Assembly (NCBI RefSeq): GCF_963506605.1
Contig: NC_083277.1
Coordinates: 33,542,001 to 33,606,000, forward strand
Direction: 5' to 3'
Length of the DNA stretch: 64,000 nt
Origin: Zootoca vivipara
Taxonomy: Eukaryota
The notes under the pieces are model-generated. The model saw nothing but the letters and a program-made list of their open reading frames with translations. It did no database searches and was not told the origin of the DNA. Numbering within the stretch: position 1 is the stretch's first letter; each line of letters starts with the position of its first letter. Position numbers and translations under genes: made by a program. This document shows positions 1 to 11,971 of the stretch, piece after piece.

Positions 1-328
1 ATGAAGCAGTCCACAAATCAATAAGAACAATATCAGTATCTGCTTAGGTGGCAGCTGGTTAAGGTTTTAGACCTTTTGAAGTTTTAGCTCTCCCTAACAC
101 AGATGGTTTTATAGTGGTTGGGATCTGACGTATTCTCCCCCACCACCACCACCACCACCTTGCAGGTTCTGTATTTTACTGCTGCATGTGATTGCATTGT
201 TATGCTTAATCTTGTTTTAACCTTACCAAGGTTCTTACAATCCAAACTCAAGATCCTCCAGGCTCACCGAGTCAGGATCTGGCAGATTTCCCACTCAGTG
301 GAGGCAATGCCAGCATAAGTCCCTCATA

Positions 329-533
329 TAGTGGTACCTCGGGTTACAGACGCTTCAGGTTACAGACTCCACTAACCCAGAAATAGTACCTCAGGTTAAG
401 AACTTTGCTTCAGGATGAGAACAGAAATCGTGCTCCGGAGGCACAGCGGCAGCGGGAGGCCCCATTAGCTAAAGTGGTGCTTCAGGTTAAGAGCAGTTTC
501 AGGTTAAGAACGGGCCTCCAGAAGGTACCACTG
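329..533. mobile_element. Non-autonomous Tc1/mariner (Tigger/pogo-like) MITE
   Basis: Termini TAGTGGTACCT / AGGTACCACTG are inverted repeats, flanked by TA at 327-328 and 534-535. The interior is near-identical to the copy at 23253-23471. Confidence 0.8.
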
Positions 534-911
534 TATTGGCTCAGGCAAAATCAGCTTAGTCAAGGCCCACAAAAGGGGTGTTCTAAAGGGTGTGGTGGAG
601 ACCTTGTTGGGAAGTAAGAAACTTACCTTGGAAGCAAACTTTGTGCAGTTCAGTGACATGAGTTGGCAACCCAGCAAAACGTACACCACCAAAAGACCAA
701 ACTTGTTTGAAGGGCTTGGGTTGTCTCAGCCAGCATTAGCCTTGCTCCTGAATTTGGATCTGGCATATTGCAAAGTAGTGTCAAGATAGCCAGAGCTAAG
801 AAATAAAGAGAAAGATTTAATAGGTTTTAGTAGTCTAACTTTTGTCTGTTTTAAAGTATGGCTGTGATTTTTTCCCCTTGATTTTACTGTTTTATCTTTT
901 GTAAACTGCTT

Positions 912-3900
912 CATGGATCAATGCCTTGTCGTGGCGAAGGGGCTTGAATAACTCAGAGAAGCTATGAGCTATGCCATGCAGGGCCACCCAAGATGGACAG
1001 GTCATAGTGGAGAGTTTTGACTAAACGTGATCCACCTGGAGAAGGAACTGGCAAGCCACTCCAGTATCCCTGCCAAGAAAACTCCATGGACAAAGACAAC
1101 AGGCATATAAAAGTTATGACGCTAGAAGATGAGCCCCTCAGGTCGGAAGGCGTCCAACATGCTACTGAGGAAGAGCGGAGGACAAGTACAAGTAGATTCA
1201 GAGCTGATGAAGCGGCTGGGCCAAAGCCGAAAGGACGCTCAGTTGCGGATATGCCTGGAAGCGAAAGGAAAGTCCGATGCTGTAAAGAAAAATATTGCAT
1301 AGGAACCTGGAATGTAAGAACCATGAATGGAGGTAAGCTGGATGTGGTCAAAAATGAGATGACAAGAATAAATATTGACATCCTGGGCATCAGTGAACTA
1401 AAATGGAAGGGAATGGGCGAATTCAGTTCAGGTGACTATCATATCTACTACTGTGGGCAAGAATCCCGTAGTAGAAATGGAGTGGCCCTCATAGTCAACA
1501 AAAGAGTGGCAAAAGCTGTAATGGGATGCAATCTCAAAAATGACAGAATGATCTCGATACGAATCCAAGGCAGACCTTTTAACATCACAGTAATCCAAGT
1601 TTATGCACCAACTACCGGAGCTGAAGAAAGTGAAATTGACCAATTCTATGAAGACCTACAACACCTTCTAGAAATGACACCAAAGAAGGATGTTCTTCTC
1701 ATTACAGGGGATTGGAATGCTAAAGTAGGGAATCAAGAGATAAAAGGAACAACTGGCAAGTTTGGCCTGGGAGTTCAAAATGAAGCAGGGCAAAGGCTAA
1801 TAGAGTTCTGTCAAGAGAACAAGCTGGTCATCACAAACACTCTCTTCCAACAACACAAGAGACGACTCTACACATGGATATCACCAAATGGGCAGCATCG
1901 AAATCAGATTGATTATATTCTCTGCAGCCAAAGATGGAGAAGCTCTATACAGTCAGCAAAAACAAGACCTGGAGCTGACTGTAACTCAGATCATCAGCTT
2001 CTTATAGCAAAATTCCAGCTTAAACTGAAGAAAGTAGGAAAAACCACTGGGCCAGTAAGATACAATCTGAATCAAATCCCTTATGAATACACAGTGGAAG
2101 TGAGGAACAGGTTTAAGGACTTAGATTTGGTGGACAGAGTGCCTGAAGAACTATGGATGGAGGCTCGTAACATTATACAGGAGGCAGCAACGAAAACCAT
2201 CCCAAGGAAAAGGAAATGCAAGAAAGCAAAATGGCTGTCCAACGAGGCCTTACAAATAGCGGAGGAGAGGAGGCAAGCAAAATGCAAGGGAGAAAGGGAA
2301 AGATACAGGAAACTGAATGCAGATTTCCAAAAAACAGCAAGGAGAGACAAGAGGGTCTTCTTAAATGAGCAATGCAAAGAAATAGAGGAAAACAATAGAA
2401 TGGGGAAAACCAGAGATCTGTTCAAGAAAATTGGAGACATGAAAGGAACATTTCGTACAAAGATTACCATAATCAAGGACAAAAGTGGTAAGGACCTAAC
2501 AGAAGCAGAAGACATCAAGAAGAGGTGGCAAGAATACACAGAGGAATTATACCAGAAAGATATGGAGGTCTCGTACACCCCAGGTAGTGTGGTTGCTGAC
2601 CTTGAGCCAGGCATCTTGGAGAGTGAAGTCAAAGGGGCCTTAGAAAGCACTGCTAATAACAAGGCCAGTGGAAGTGATGATATTCCAGCTGAACTATTTA
2701 AAATTTTAAAAGATGATACTGTTAAGATGCTACACCCAATATGCCAGCAAGTTTGGAAAACTCAGCAATGGCCAGAGGATTGGAGAAGATCAGTCTACAT
2801 CCCAATTCCAAAGAAGGGCAGTGCCAAAGAATGCTCCAACTACCACACAATTGCGCTCATTTCACACGCTAGCAAGGTTATGCTTAAAATTCTACAAGGC
2901 AGGCTTAGGCAGTATGTGGACCGAGAACTCCCAGAAGTGCAAGCTGGATTTCGAAAGGGCAGAGGAACCAGAGACCAAATAGCAAACATGCGCTGGATTA
3001 TGGAGAAAGCTAGAAAGTTCCAGAAAAACGTCTACTTCTGCTTCATTGACTATGCAAAAGCCTTTGACTGTGTCGACCACAGCAAACTATGGCAAGTTCT
3101 TAAAGAAATGGGAGTGCCTGATCACCTCATTTGTCTCCTGAGAAATCTCTATGTGGGACAAGAAGCTACAGTTAGAACTGGATATGGAACAACTGAGTGG
3201 TTCAAAATTGGGAAAGGAGTACGACAAGGTTGTATATTGTCTCCCTGCTTATTTAACTTATATGCAGAATTCATCATGCGAAAGGCTGGACTAGATGAAT
3301 CCCAAACGGGAATTAAGATTGCCGGAAGAAATATCAACAACCTCAGATATGCAGATGACACAACCTTGATGGCAGAAAGTGAGGAGGAATTAAAGAACCT
3401 TTTAATGAGGGTGAAAGAGGAGAGCGCAAAATATGGTCTGAAACTCAACATCAAAAAAACCAAGATCATGGCCACTGGTCCCATCACCTCCTGGCAAATA
3501 GAAGGGGAAGAAATGGAGGCAGTGAGAGATTTCACCTTCTTGGGCTCCTTGATCACTGCAGATGGTGACAGCAGTCCCGAAATTAAAAGACGCCTGCTTC
3601 TTGGGAGAAAAGCAATGACAAACCTAGACAGCATCTTAAAAAGCAGAGACATCACCTTGCCGACAAAGGTCCGTATAGTTAAAGCTATGGTTTTCCCAGT
3701 AGTGATGTATGGAAGTGAGAGCTGGACCATAAAGAAGGCTGATCGCCGAAGAATTGATGCTTTTGAATTGTGGTGCTGGAGGAGACTCTTGAGAGTCCCA
3801 TGGACTGCAAGAAGATCAAACCTATCAATTCTTAAGGAAATCAGCCCTGAGTGCTCCCTGGAAGGACAGATCGTGAAGCTGAGGCTCCAATACTTTGGCC

Positions 3901-4132
3901 ACCTCATGAGAAGAGAAGAATCCTTGGAAAAGACCCTGATGTTGGGAAAGATTGAGGGCACTAGGAGAAGGGGACGTCAGAGGAGAAGATGGTTGGACAG
4001 TGTTCTCGAGGCTACGAACATGAGTTTGACCAAACTGCGGGAGGCAGTGGAAGACAGGAGTGCCTGACGTGCTGTGGTCCATGGGGTCACGAAGAGTCGG
4101 ACACGACTAAACGACTAAACAACAACAACAAC
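912..4132 (+). mobile_element. Full-length BovB (RTE clade) LINE
   Basis: 9-bp TSD AAACTGCTT at 903-911 and 4133-4141. It has a BovB-type 5' leader, a single long EN+RT ORF, and the 3' end GAGTCGGACACGACTAAACGAC followed by a (CAA)n tail. Confidence 0.96.
1017..4067 (+). CDS. BovB ORF: APE-type endonuclease + reverse transcriptase (first in-frame ATG at 1086; premature TGA removes the last 17 aa)
   Basis: EN motifs IGTWNV, GISELKW, VYAPT, GDWNAKVG, QIDYI, SDH. RT motifs QAGFRKGRGTRDQI, FIDYAKAFD, GVRQGCILSP, YADD, FTFLGS. RTE-type C-terminus (LQYFGHLMRR, RRGRQRRRWLD). Confidence 0.92.
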   Translation: MTKRDPPGEGTGKPLQYPCQENSMDKDNRHIKVMTLEDEPLRSEGVQHATEEERRTSTSRFRADEAAGPKPKGRSVADMPGSERKVRCCKEKYCIGTWNVRTMNGGKLDVVKNEMTRINIDILGISELKWKGMGEFSSGDYHIYYCGQESRSRNGVALIVNKRVAKAVMGCNLKNDRMISIRIQGRPFNITVIQVYAPTTGAEESEIDQFYEDLQHLLEMTPKKDVLLITGDWNAKVGNQEIKGTTGKFGLGVQNEAGQRLIEFCQENKLVITNTLFQQHKRRLYTWISPNGQHRNQIDYILCSQRWRSSIQSAKTRPGADCNSDHQLLIAKFQLKLKKVGKTTGPVRYNLNQIPYEYTVEVRNRFKDLDLVDRVPEELWMEARNIIQEAATKTIPRKRKCKKAKWLSNEALQIAEERRQAKCKGERERYRKLNADFQKTARRDKRVFLNEQCKEIEENNRMGKTRDLFKKIGDMKGTFRTKITIIKDKSGKDLTEAEDIKKRWQEYTEELYQKDMEVSYTPGSVVADLEPGILESEVKGALESTANNKASGSDDIPAELFKILKDDTVKMLHPICQQVWKTQQWPEDWRRSVYIPIPKKGSAKECSNYHTIALISHASKVMLKILQGRLRQYVDRELPEVQAGFRKGRGTRDQIANMRWIMEKARKFQKNVYFCFIDYAKAFDCVDHSKLWQVLKEMGVPDHLICLLRNLYVGQEATVRTGYGTTEWFKIGKGVRQGCILSPCLFNLYAEFIMRKAGLDESQTGIKIAGRNINNLRYADDTTLMAESEEELKNLLMRVKEESAKYGLKLNIKKTKIMATGPITSWQIEGEEMEAVRDFTFLGSLITADGDSSPEIKRRLLLGRKAMTNLDSILKSRDITLPTKVRIVKAMVFPVVMYGSESWTIKKADRRRIDAFELWCWRRLLRVPWTARRSNLSILKEISPECSLEGQIVKLRLQYFGHLMRREESLEKTLMLGKIEGTRRRGRQRRRWLDSVLEATNMSLTKLREAVEDRSA

Positions 4133-5849
4133 AAACTGCTTTGAGGGTGTGTGTTTTTTTAAAAAAATTAAACAGTGTATAAGTTTTAGGAAATAAATTT
4201 TAAAAAATTAAAAATAAAAATAGATACTCATGGTGTGTCCTGTAACTTTTATATTGAGGCTGGTACTTGCCCATGTACAGATCCAAGATTAGCAATCTTA
4301 AAATGGGGAGCTAACTAGATGGTTCATCCTTGCTAAAGATTTTAGTTCGTGCTGCTGATGGCAATGCTCTGTTTAATTATGCATACTATTTGAGCCTGAA
4401 TTTTTAATAAAAAGAGACAGATGTGGAAAAAAATATGGTAAGGGGTGGATTTTCCTACAGCAGCTTTCAGTCATAGTGCAGAATCCATAATGCATGAAAT
4501 CCAATTGAAGCTGCAATTGTAAATCCATCAGATGGGAATAAGCAATCTAATACTGAGCCCTAGGTTTTCACTGTAAAACTATAGAACTTGTATACTGGGA
4601 GGAAAATGCAGGAGCTGGAGAAAAACTCATTGTGATTGCAAGCAATATCAGCTAATGGCCAGTACTTGCACCCTTTGCAGAAGGGTTTTAGATGGCTGTG
4701 CTCAGAAGCAGGTGGAAGATGGTAGAAAGGGATTTGCAGGAGAACTAGCTGCTCTGGATCATGTACTGTATTGAGTTGCTTGGGGGACATTCATTAATAT
4801 TTACACAAAGTTTTTCTAGGCCATTCAACTCCAATCCTAAGGACTTAGCAATAGTAGCCTTTGAACCAACCTGCCTGCCTAGGCTTCCAAATAGTATTTA
4901 TTTGTTTGCTTGGCAGTGTTGGAGGTGAAGGGTTTAAAATTCATCAGTAACAGAGGGAGCTCAAAAGTGAGGGTTAAAAGGAAGAATCTGCATTTTTATG
5001 TTTTGGTTACACATATCTTAAGGGGCTGTGCCAACTAAGAAGGTGGGTTTTGAGGGGAAATTGCAAGGAAGGCAGAGAAAGGCAACATCTTCATAAGAGC
5101 CCTGTGAGGAAAGTCAGGACAAGAAATTGCAATGGTCCAAGGTCACATGACAGTGCCAGATTAAAGCCTGTGGAGCCCCTGTGGGCAAGTCGAAACCTCG
5201 GGACGGCTTTTTGCATGTGCTCTTGTGGGATAACACTGAACTAAGAAAGCTTGATTGTAATTTTCTTTCAAGATCATATCAATATTATTTTGATCTTTTG
5301 TTGTGGGGCCCTTAAAAGGGGTTGGTTCCTACTCTGCCTATTTAGTAATCAAGCACTGTCAGCTAGGACATTATGTGGGCAAGCAGGGATTTGAACCTAG
5401 TCCAAACCCAAACTCTCTAACCAGTAGCCATTTGCTTGGCCATTTAAAGTACATGCATGGGCTTGGGAGAAGAAAAGTGCCAGCTCTCTTGCAAGCAGCA
5501 AAACATCTTTCCCTGGTTTCCTGATATACCTGTTAACTATTTTCAAGCCTAGATAACAATTTTCCTCTTGGTTTTCTGAACATCACCTTGAGATCTCATC
5601 AGGTACCAGGATTTTGTTTTTTGGGATTTGGTCATTCTAAACTGGGGCCTTCAGAAAAGCCAATGGCCTTGTGTGGTTGGTATGGTTGTTTCATTCCTTT
5701 CACTTAACCAATTTTGACTTCTTTAATAGGATTTGCGCCTTACTTTTCACCAACAAGGTGGATCACAGCAGTAGAAAGTATTAAAATGCATAAAAGTAAG
5801 AAAGTAAGAAATACAAAGATAGAAGCAGAAACTCAAACCATACCCTCAG

Positions 5850-5856
<7 letters not shown>

Positions 5857-5898
<42 letters not shown>

Positions 5899-7370
5899 TT
5901 TTATTTATACCCCGCCCTTCCCAGTCAAGACCGGGCTCAGGGCGGCTAACAACAAATAATATCAACACAAATATAAAAGAAACATTTCAGTTAAAACAAC
6001 AGAATAATACAATGTTAAAATTCAATTTTAAAATTAAAAATCTACGAATAAGATAAAACCATTATAAATAAAACCTTAGGGGAGGGTAACCGTGGGGTCA
6101 GACTGCGTCAGTCCGAAGGCCAAACGAAACAGCTCTGTCTTGCAGGCCCTACGAAAAGATGACAAATCCCGCAGGGCCCTAGTCTCCTGGGACAGAGCGT
6201 TCCACCAGGTCGGGGCCAGTACTGAGAAGGCCCTGGTCCTGGTCGAGGCCAGCCTAGCCACCTTGTGACTCGGGATCTCCAATATGTTATTATTTGTGGA
6301 CCGTAATGTCCTCTGTGGGTCATACCGGGAGAGGCGGTCCCGTAGGTACGAGGGTCCTAAGCCGCATAAGGCTTTAAAGGTCAAAACCAGCACCTTGAAC
6401 CTGATCCTGTACTCCACCGGGAGCCAGTGCAGTTGGTAAAGCACTGGATGAATATGATCCCGCAGCCGGGACCCCGTAAGGAGCCTCGCCGCGGCATTCT
6501 GCACCCGCTGGAGTTTCTGGGTCAGTTTCAAGGGCAGCCCCGCGTAGAGCGAATTACAATAATCAAGCCTAGAGGTGACCATCGCATGGATCACTGTGGC
6601 TAGATCAGGTTGAGAGAGATAGGGGACCAACTGCTTAATGCGGCGGAGATGGAAAAATGCCACCTTGGCTGTGGTTGCAACCTGTGCCTCCATGGAAAGG
6701 GAGGCATCCAAGGTTACCCCCAAGCTCTTGACAGAAGGGGCTGACACTAATTGGGCCCCAGCGAAAGATGGAAGTTGGCCCCCCCGCCCCATGTCATCCC
6801 GACCCAGCCAGAGGACCTCTGTCTTCGAAGGATTTAGCTTCAGCCGACTCCCACGTAGCCATCCAGCAACAGCTTCCAGGCACTTGGTCAATGTGTCCGG
6901 GGCCGAGGCAGGACGGTCATCCATCAACAGATAAATCTGGGTGTCATCAGCATATTGATGACAACCCAGCCCAAAACTCCGGACAATCTGGGCAAGGGGG
7001 CGCATGAAGATATTAAAAAGCATTGGGGAAAGGATTGCACCTTGCGGGACTCCACACACCAAGGAGTGCCGCGGTGACAACCCCCTCCCTAGCGCCACCC
7101 TCTGTCCCCGACCTGAGATAAAGGAACGCAGCCATTGTTGGACTGTACCCTGAATCCCCACGTCGGCAAGGCGGTGGTCTAAAAGCTCATAATCGACCAT
7201 GTCGAAGGCGGCTGACAGATCTAGAAGAATCAGCAGCCCCGACCCGCCTTGATCCAGCTGTTTACGGAGGTCATCTGTTAGGGCGACCAGTGCTGTCTCG
7301 GTCCCGTGGCCGGGACGAAAGCCGGACTGGAATGGATCTAAAGCCAATGTTTCATCCAGAAACCTACCGA
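5857..7370 (-). mobile_element. 5'-truncated young L2-clade LINE with (TTA)n tail
   Basis: RT ORF followed by a 3' UTR, terminal stem-loop (GCCGCCCT...AGGGCGGGGTATAAATAAA) and (TTA)n tail. Possible TSD ATATAAT at 5850-5856 and 7371-7377. Confidence 0.88.
6076..7347 (-). pseudogene. L2 ORF2 fragment (RT and C-terminal domain, 423 aa open, endonuclease missing)
   Basis: FQSGFRPGHGTETAL, LDLSAAFD, GVPQGAILSP, YADD, SLGV, and the L2-typical tail SRLDYCNSLYAGLP...LQRVQNAAAR...LHWLPV. Confidence 0.88.
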
Positions 7371-7407
7371 ATATAATGAAAAACTCAAGAAAACAAACTA
7401 TGGTACC

Positions 7408-7754
7408 AGGTTAAAGGTAAAGGGACCCCTGACCATTAGGTCCAGTCGTCACCGACTCTGGGGTTGCGGCGCTCATCTCGTGTTATTGGCCGAGGGGGCC
7501 GGCGTACAGCTTCCAGGTCATGTGGCCAGCATGACAAAGTCGCTTCTGGCGAACCAGAGCAGCACACAGAAACGCCGTTTACCTTCCCGCTGGAGCAGTA
7601 CCAATTTATCTACTTGCACTTTGACATGCTTTTGAACTGCTAGGTTGGCAGGAGCTGAGACCGAGCAATGGGAGCTCACCCCGTCGCGGGGATTCGAACC
7701 GCCAACCTTCTGATCGGCAAGCCCTAGGCTCAGTGGTTTAACCCACAGCACCAC
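7408..7754 (-). mobile_element. Sauria SINE (tRNA-derived), lacking the extreme 5' bases
   Basis: tRNA-like head with B box GGTTCGAATCC on the minus strand, a BovB-like 3' hairpin and (ACCTTT)n tail. Colinear with the copy at 60822-61169. Confidence 0.9.
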
Positions 7755-9080
7755 TGTTACGTTTGGTTAATGTACCTAACAGACTGTGGATTCAAATCAC
7801 AAAATGTGGCTTCTACTCAATCACCATTCACTTAAAATGAGGCTTGTGAAGAGGCAGTGAACTGCAGAATTAAATTGGGGATATCATAAGAACTTGTTCT
7901 ACAGTTGTTATTTCCAGGCAAGCAATAGAATGGATTGTCAAGAAAATACGCCTTCATTGTGAAACATGCCCATCCTTCAATGTTTTACTGCAACCTTTGA
8001 TTTATTTTAAACTTCTTGCTGATGTCAACTTAACTGATTTCTGTGGTGTAGTAATAGCTATTTACTGAGCTCTTGAACTTCTGCTCCAACCTGTTAGTGC
8101 CTTAATTTTGCCACATAATTAGTTCCTTGGGGATAATGGGTACTATTCCAAAGATCCTGCTGAAACAAAACAAAAAACAAAAAAACAGCTTCTGTAGTTA
8201 TTATAAAACACATCTTCTCCACCTGTTAGTAAGGCCTGATCTCAGTTCCAATGTGTGAAATATATTTTTAATCATTACATAATGGGGTGAAATGGCCAAC
8301 ACGTTCACACTTGCAAAAATAATATTGCATAAAAAGTCCAACAAGCTGGTTGGTATCATGACATAGAACATAGATGTTTCCCTTTCAAAGTCAGCATCTC
8401 TGTTATTACAGCATTTGCAAAAACATGTACAATATTTATGAGACTAAGATAAATAATATAGATTAATTCATAAGTCCCTTATACATAATTGATTGTGTAT
8501 TTAAACAGTAAAATAGTCGTAACCGAACAGATAGTGCAAATGCACTCAGTTAAAAGTTTAAGGGCATTTGTAGTGGTTGTTAAGAGAGTGAGCTTATTTT
8601 TTAAAAAGAAAAAGAAAAAAGAAGCACCCTAGTCTTTCTCAGTGATGCGTTTACAGAAATGCATAAGCTTGAAGAAGAAAAACAGCATTTGTGGAAGGTC
8701 AGGGAAGCATGCTAGAAGGACATTATGCATGAAATAGGGACTATTGTGGTTCACATGGCAGAATGCTGTACTTGGAAATTTGAAAAATGGGTGGAAATAT
8801 CTTGGACCTTTTAAAGGTTTTATTTATGGATAGCACATGCAAGTTTCCGCCACATAGCATGGGGAGGATTGTATACTCCCACTCTAGCAATTGTATGCCT
8901 CACTGAAAACAGGATGGGAGCATCTAGGGAACATCAGTGAACAGCCATTCTGTCATGGATACTAAAGGCCTTTCGACACTTACAGTGGGGGTGGGCATCC
9001 AGGTACACTTGTCCCAGGTCTCAAAGGGTTAAGCTGCGGGGTGGGGTCCATCAGGGACTGGCTGCTTTTTTTGTTTGAGT

Positions 9081-9478
9081 TTGAGGAACAGCTTAGGGAG
9101 CTGGGTATGTTTAGCCTGGAGAAGAGAAGGTTAAGGGATGATATGGTAGCCATGTTCAAATATATAAAAGGATGCCATATAGAGGAGGGAGAAAGGTTGT
9201 TTTCTGCTGCTCCAGAGAAGCGGACATGGAGCAATGGATTCAAACTACAAGAAAGAAGATTCCACCTGAACAGTAGGAAGAATTTCCTGACAGTAAGAGC
9301 TGTTCGGCAGTGGAATTTGCTACCAAGGAGTGTGGTGGAGTCTCCTTCTTTGGAGGTCTTCAAGCAGAGGCTTGACAGGCATATGTCAAGAATGCTTTGA
9401 TGGTGTTTCCTGCTTGGCAGGGCGTTGGACTGGATGGCCCTTGTGGTCTCTTCCAACTCTATGATTCTATGATTCTAT
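9081..9478 (+). mobile_element. CR1 LINE 3' fragment
   Basis: Translates as LRELGMFSLEKRRLRDDMVAMFKY...[12 protein letters not shown]...FKQRLD (CR1 ORF2 end) and finishes with an (ATTCTATG)n tail. Confidence 0.92.
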
Positions 9479-9676
9479 AACTTTATTCTAACAAGACTCC
9501 TGCCCTGGGGCTCAGACAAGCTGGGCACGGTGGCATGATTGCTATTTGATCCAACATTTTTTAGAGTAAATTTCTAGCTGATTGCTGCACCTTTAGACAC
9601 ATGTTGCTGTTATTAGAGAGTGAGTGTGAGGCTTTCCTTTCCACATTAAAGGCAGGCTGTGCTTCCATGTCTGTAG

Positions 9677-10108
9677 CATACCCCACAAGTCTGGAAAAAC
9701 CAGGACATCCCATTTTTTTTCTAGCGAGAGAACAGTGGCCTTTTGGGTGCTATGATCTCACACAATTTAAGATTGTTATTTCCATTTTTTGGGACCATGA
9801 TCTTGCACTGTGCCCCCAAACCAGTGGCGGAGTTAGCTGCAGGGGCGCCTGGAGCGGTGGCCATGCCGTGCACCGGGGGGGGGCAGGGCAAGCCTTTTGG
9901 TCACCCCCCCTCAAGGATGACACCCGGGGCGGACTGCCCCCCACCACCACCTTCCTACACCCCTGCCCAAACATGTTTCTGGGCACTATGCCCCACCCAA
10001 AGCACTTTGGGGGGGGGAGAAATCACACAAGATCACACAAGATCGTGGCGTGAGAAATAACAGGAAGATGGTATCCTGGTTTTTGCCTTTGAGGTGTTGA
10101 AGAGTATG
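9677..10108. mobile_element. Degenerate hAT-like non-autonomous element
   Basis: Weak TIRs CATACCCCACAA / TTGAAGAGTATG, CTGTAG on both flanks, and a GC-rich interior. Confidence 0.4.
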
Positions 10109-10458
10109 CTGTAGTCATACCCCTTATGTTCTCTTGTGTTCCTCCAGCCAGTAAATTTCAGAGTTATGAGCATACACCTGGGTATTGTGGCTTTTTATTA
10201 TTTATTTAATGCCTAGTATTTTAGAATTCTCATATTCAGCTTAGAAAAAGAACTCCCATATGTGCCTGCCTGAGCTATCGTGAACCTGGTTACGGTGATG
10301 AAATTTTGTCTGCTGCTAATGGCTGCTGTCACAGGCAATACTTTGACTCAGTACCGTCGTCTCTATCTGCCACATCTCCCCTCCAAGCTGAGCTCTCGAA
10401 CTGACAGCTCCCACCAGGCAGGGGGATGTTGTACATAAGAGATGTCTTCCAAACCTGT

Positions 10459-10832
10459 TGTCATGGGCTTTACCTGCTGAACAGCAGCCTGAAGGAGCAG
10501 AAGGTAGAGTGACTCCACTTGCTGCTGATCAGCCTTCTAGTTTCTGATGTGAATCAGCTGGCTCCAGCTTCTTACGCAGGATTTCCAGCCTCAGTCAGTT
10601 GCTGGAAACAACATTTGTCGTTCCTGGCCAGACCTTGCTGCCGCTTGTTTTTCAGGTTTCTTGACCCCCAGACCGTCTGACTACATAAACTGAGATACTC
10701 CTGACCTTAGGACCGGATTGAACCTTGCATACAGACTCTGCCTCCAGGCAAGTACCCCTCTGAGACTTGGCTGGTTGGCTGGCCTTTCCCGCCACTGAGC
10801 TCTGCCATAGTTGAGCAGCATGAGCTATGACA
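10459..10832. mobile_element. Solo LTR (Gypsy-like)
   Basis: TGTCAT...ATGACA termini with an exact 5-bp TSD CCTGT (10454-10458, 10833-10837). Confidence 0.7.
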
Positions 10833-11971
10833 CCTGTATAGGACACCACACAGATGATAATATTCAGGATCTTTCACAAAAATAGAAATTGTGATGAAAG
10901 AAAAAGTTTACTTGCTGAATACTGATATTATCATTTGGCAGCAAGCCAAAAAAAACCTATATTAAAAAAACCCAGCAACTATGCTACTATAAATGGTAGG
11001 TTCATGAAGGCCTGAAGAATAGGGCAGGAAAAAGTTGAAGAGGAATCGGAGGGGATTGATTTAGTAAGTTAATAATAAATAAATAGTCCACAATTACTAA
11101 ATGATAGCTAGAGATACCTCTGGAAGGTGAGACCCACTTTGGCTCTAGGGAAGTAATCTAGGGGTGTGTGGGTGTTTGGGTGTGGGTGTGTAAAAAGTAT
11201 CAATAGGTTGCAATCACATATACAGTTACCTGTGAGAATACCATTAAATTTAACAGAACTGATATCAGGCTAGATACATGTACAGTATAGAATTCTGCTG
11301 TTCAGCATCTTACAGCTAAAGGTTGCCGAACTACAGAAGACAGTGGTAAAGATTCAGCTATGTGTGTTTCTTAAAATTAAATAAACAAGCAAATCAAGTT
11401 CATTGTGGTGAAACATACACAGATGGTTTTCCAGGATTGTATGTGAACCATTAAACACAGCACTAGATAAACAAGAGCGATTTCTTATTGAAGAACGGGG
11501 CTATTGCTTAAGACGAGAGATGGAGAGCTCAGCTACTGTCAACAAGCTTTTCTTGTTTTACTTTAGCAAGACAAGATTGTTCATACATACCACTACCCTC
11601 ACTTCCCACATCCCATTTTGCACTTGAAATGGTCATACCATGTTCTACTGCACTTACATGCAAAGCCTTCAAAGTTTTTTTTAAAAAATTAATTCTTAAT
11701 GTGATTTCTAGGAAGAGAGGAGGAGGTTTATATAATAGCAGCGCCAGCTTTGCATACAATCCTTTTGTAAGTGTGGGGTGTAACAACAAAACAGGGATTA
11801 AGAACAAAGCATGCAAATCGTCGACATTTTTCATGCTTCTTTACTTGTGCCGCACAAAAGCTATAGCTATGTTATTCTTGTGCTAGATCAGACCAAATGC
11901 CTGCCTAGCCCAGCATCCTCTTGCAGGCCACAACGCAGCAGGCCGAGGGGGTGTGAATTAATAGCATGAAT

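Noticed and set aside
1201-1240. Hammerhead-like CTGATGA...GGCT/AGCC stem...GAAA inside BovB
   Set aside because: There is no U to pair after GAAA and no UH cleavage site, and it lies in coding sequence. Likely coincidence.
2081-3961. Long antisense ORFs (193 and 270 aa) and similar ones over the BovB fragments
   Set aside because: Shadows of the sense BovB frame, with no independent motifs.
8951-9540. Possible LTR starting TGTCATGG and interrupted by CR1
   Set aside because: The right end reads CATGATT rather than ATGACA, and no TSD was found.
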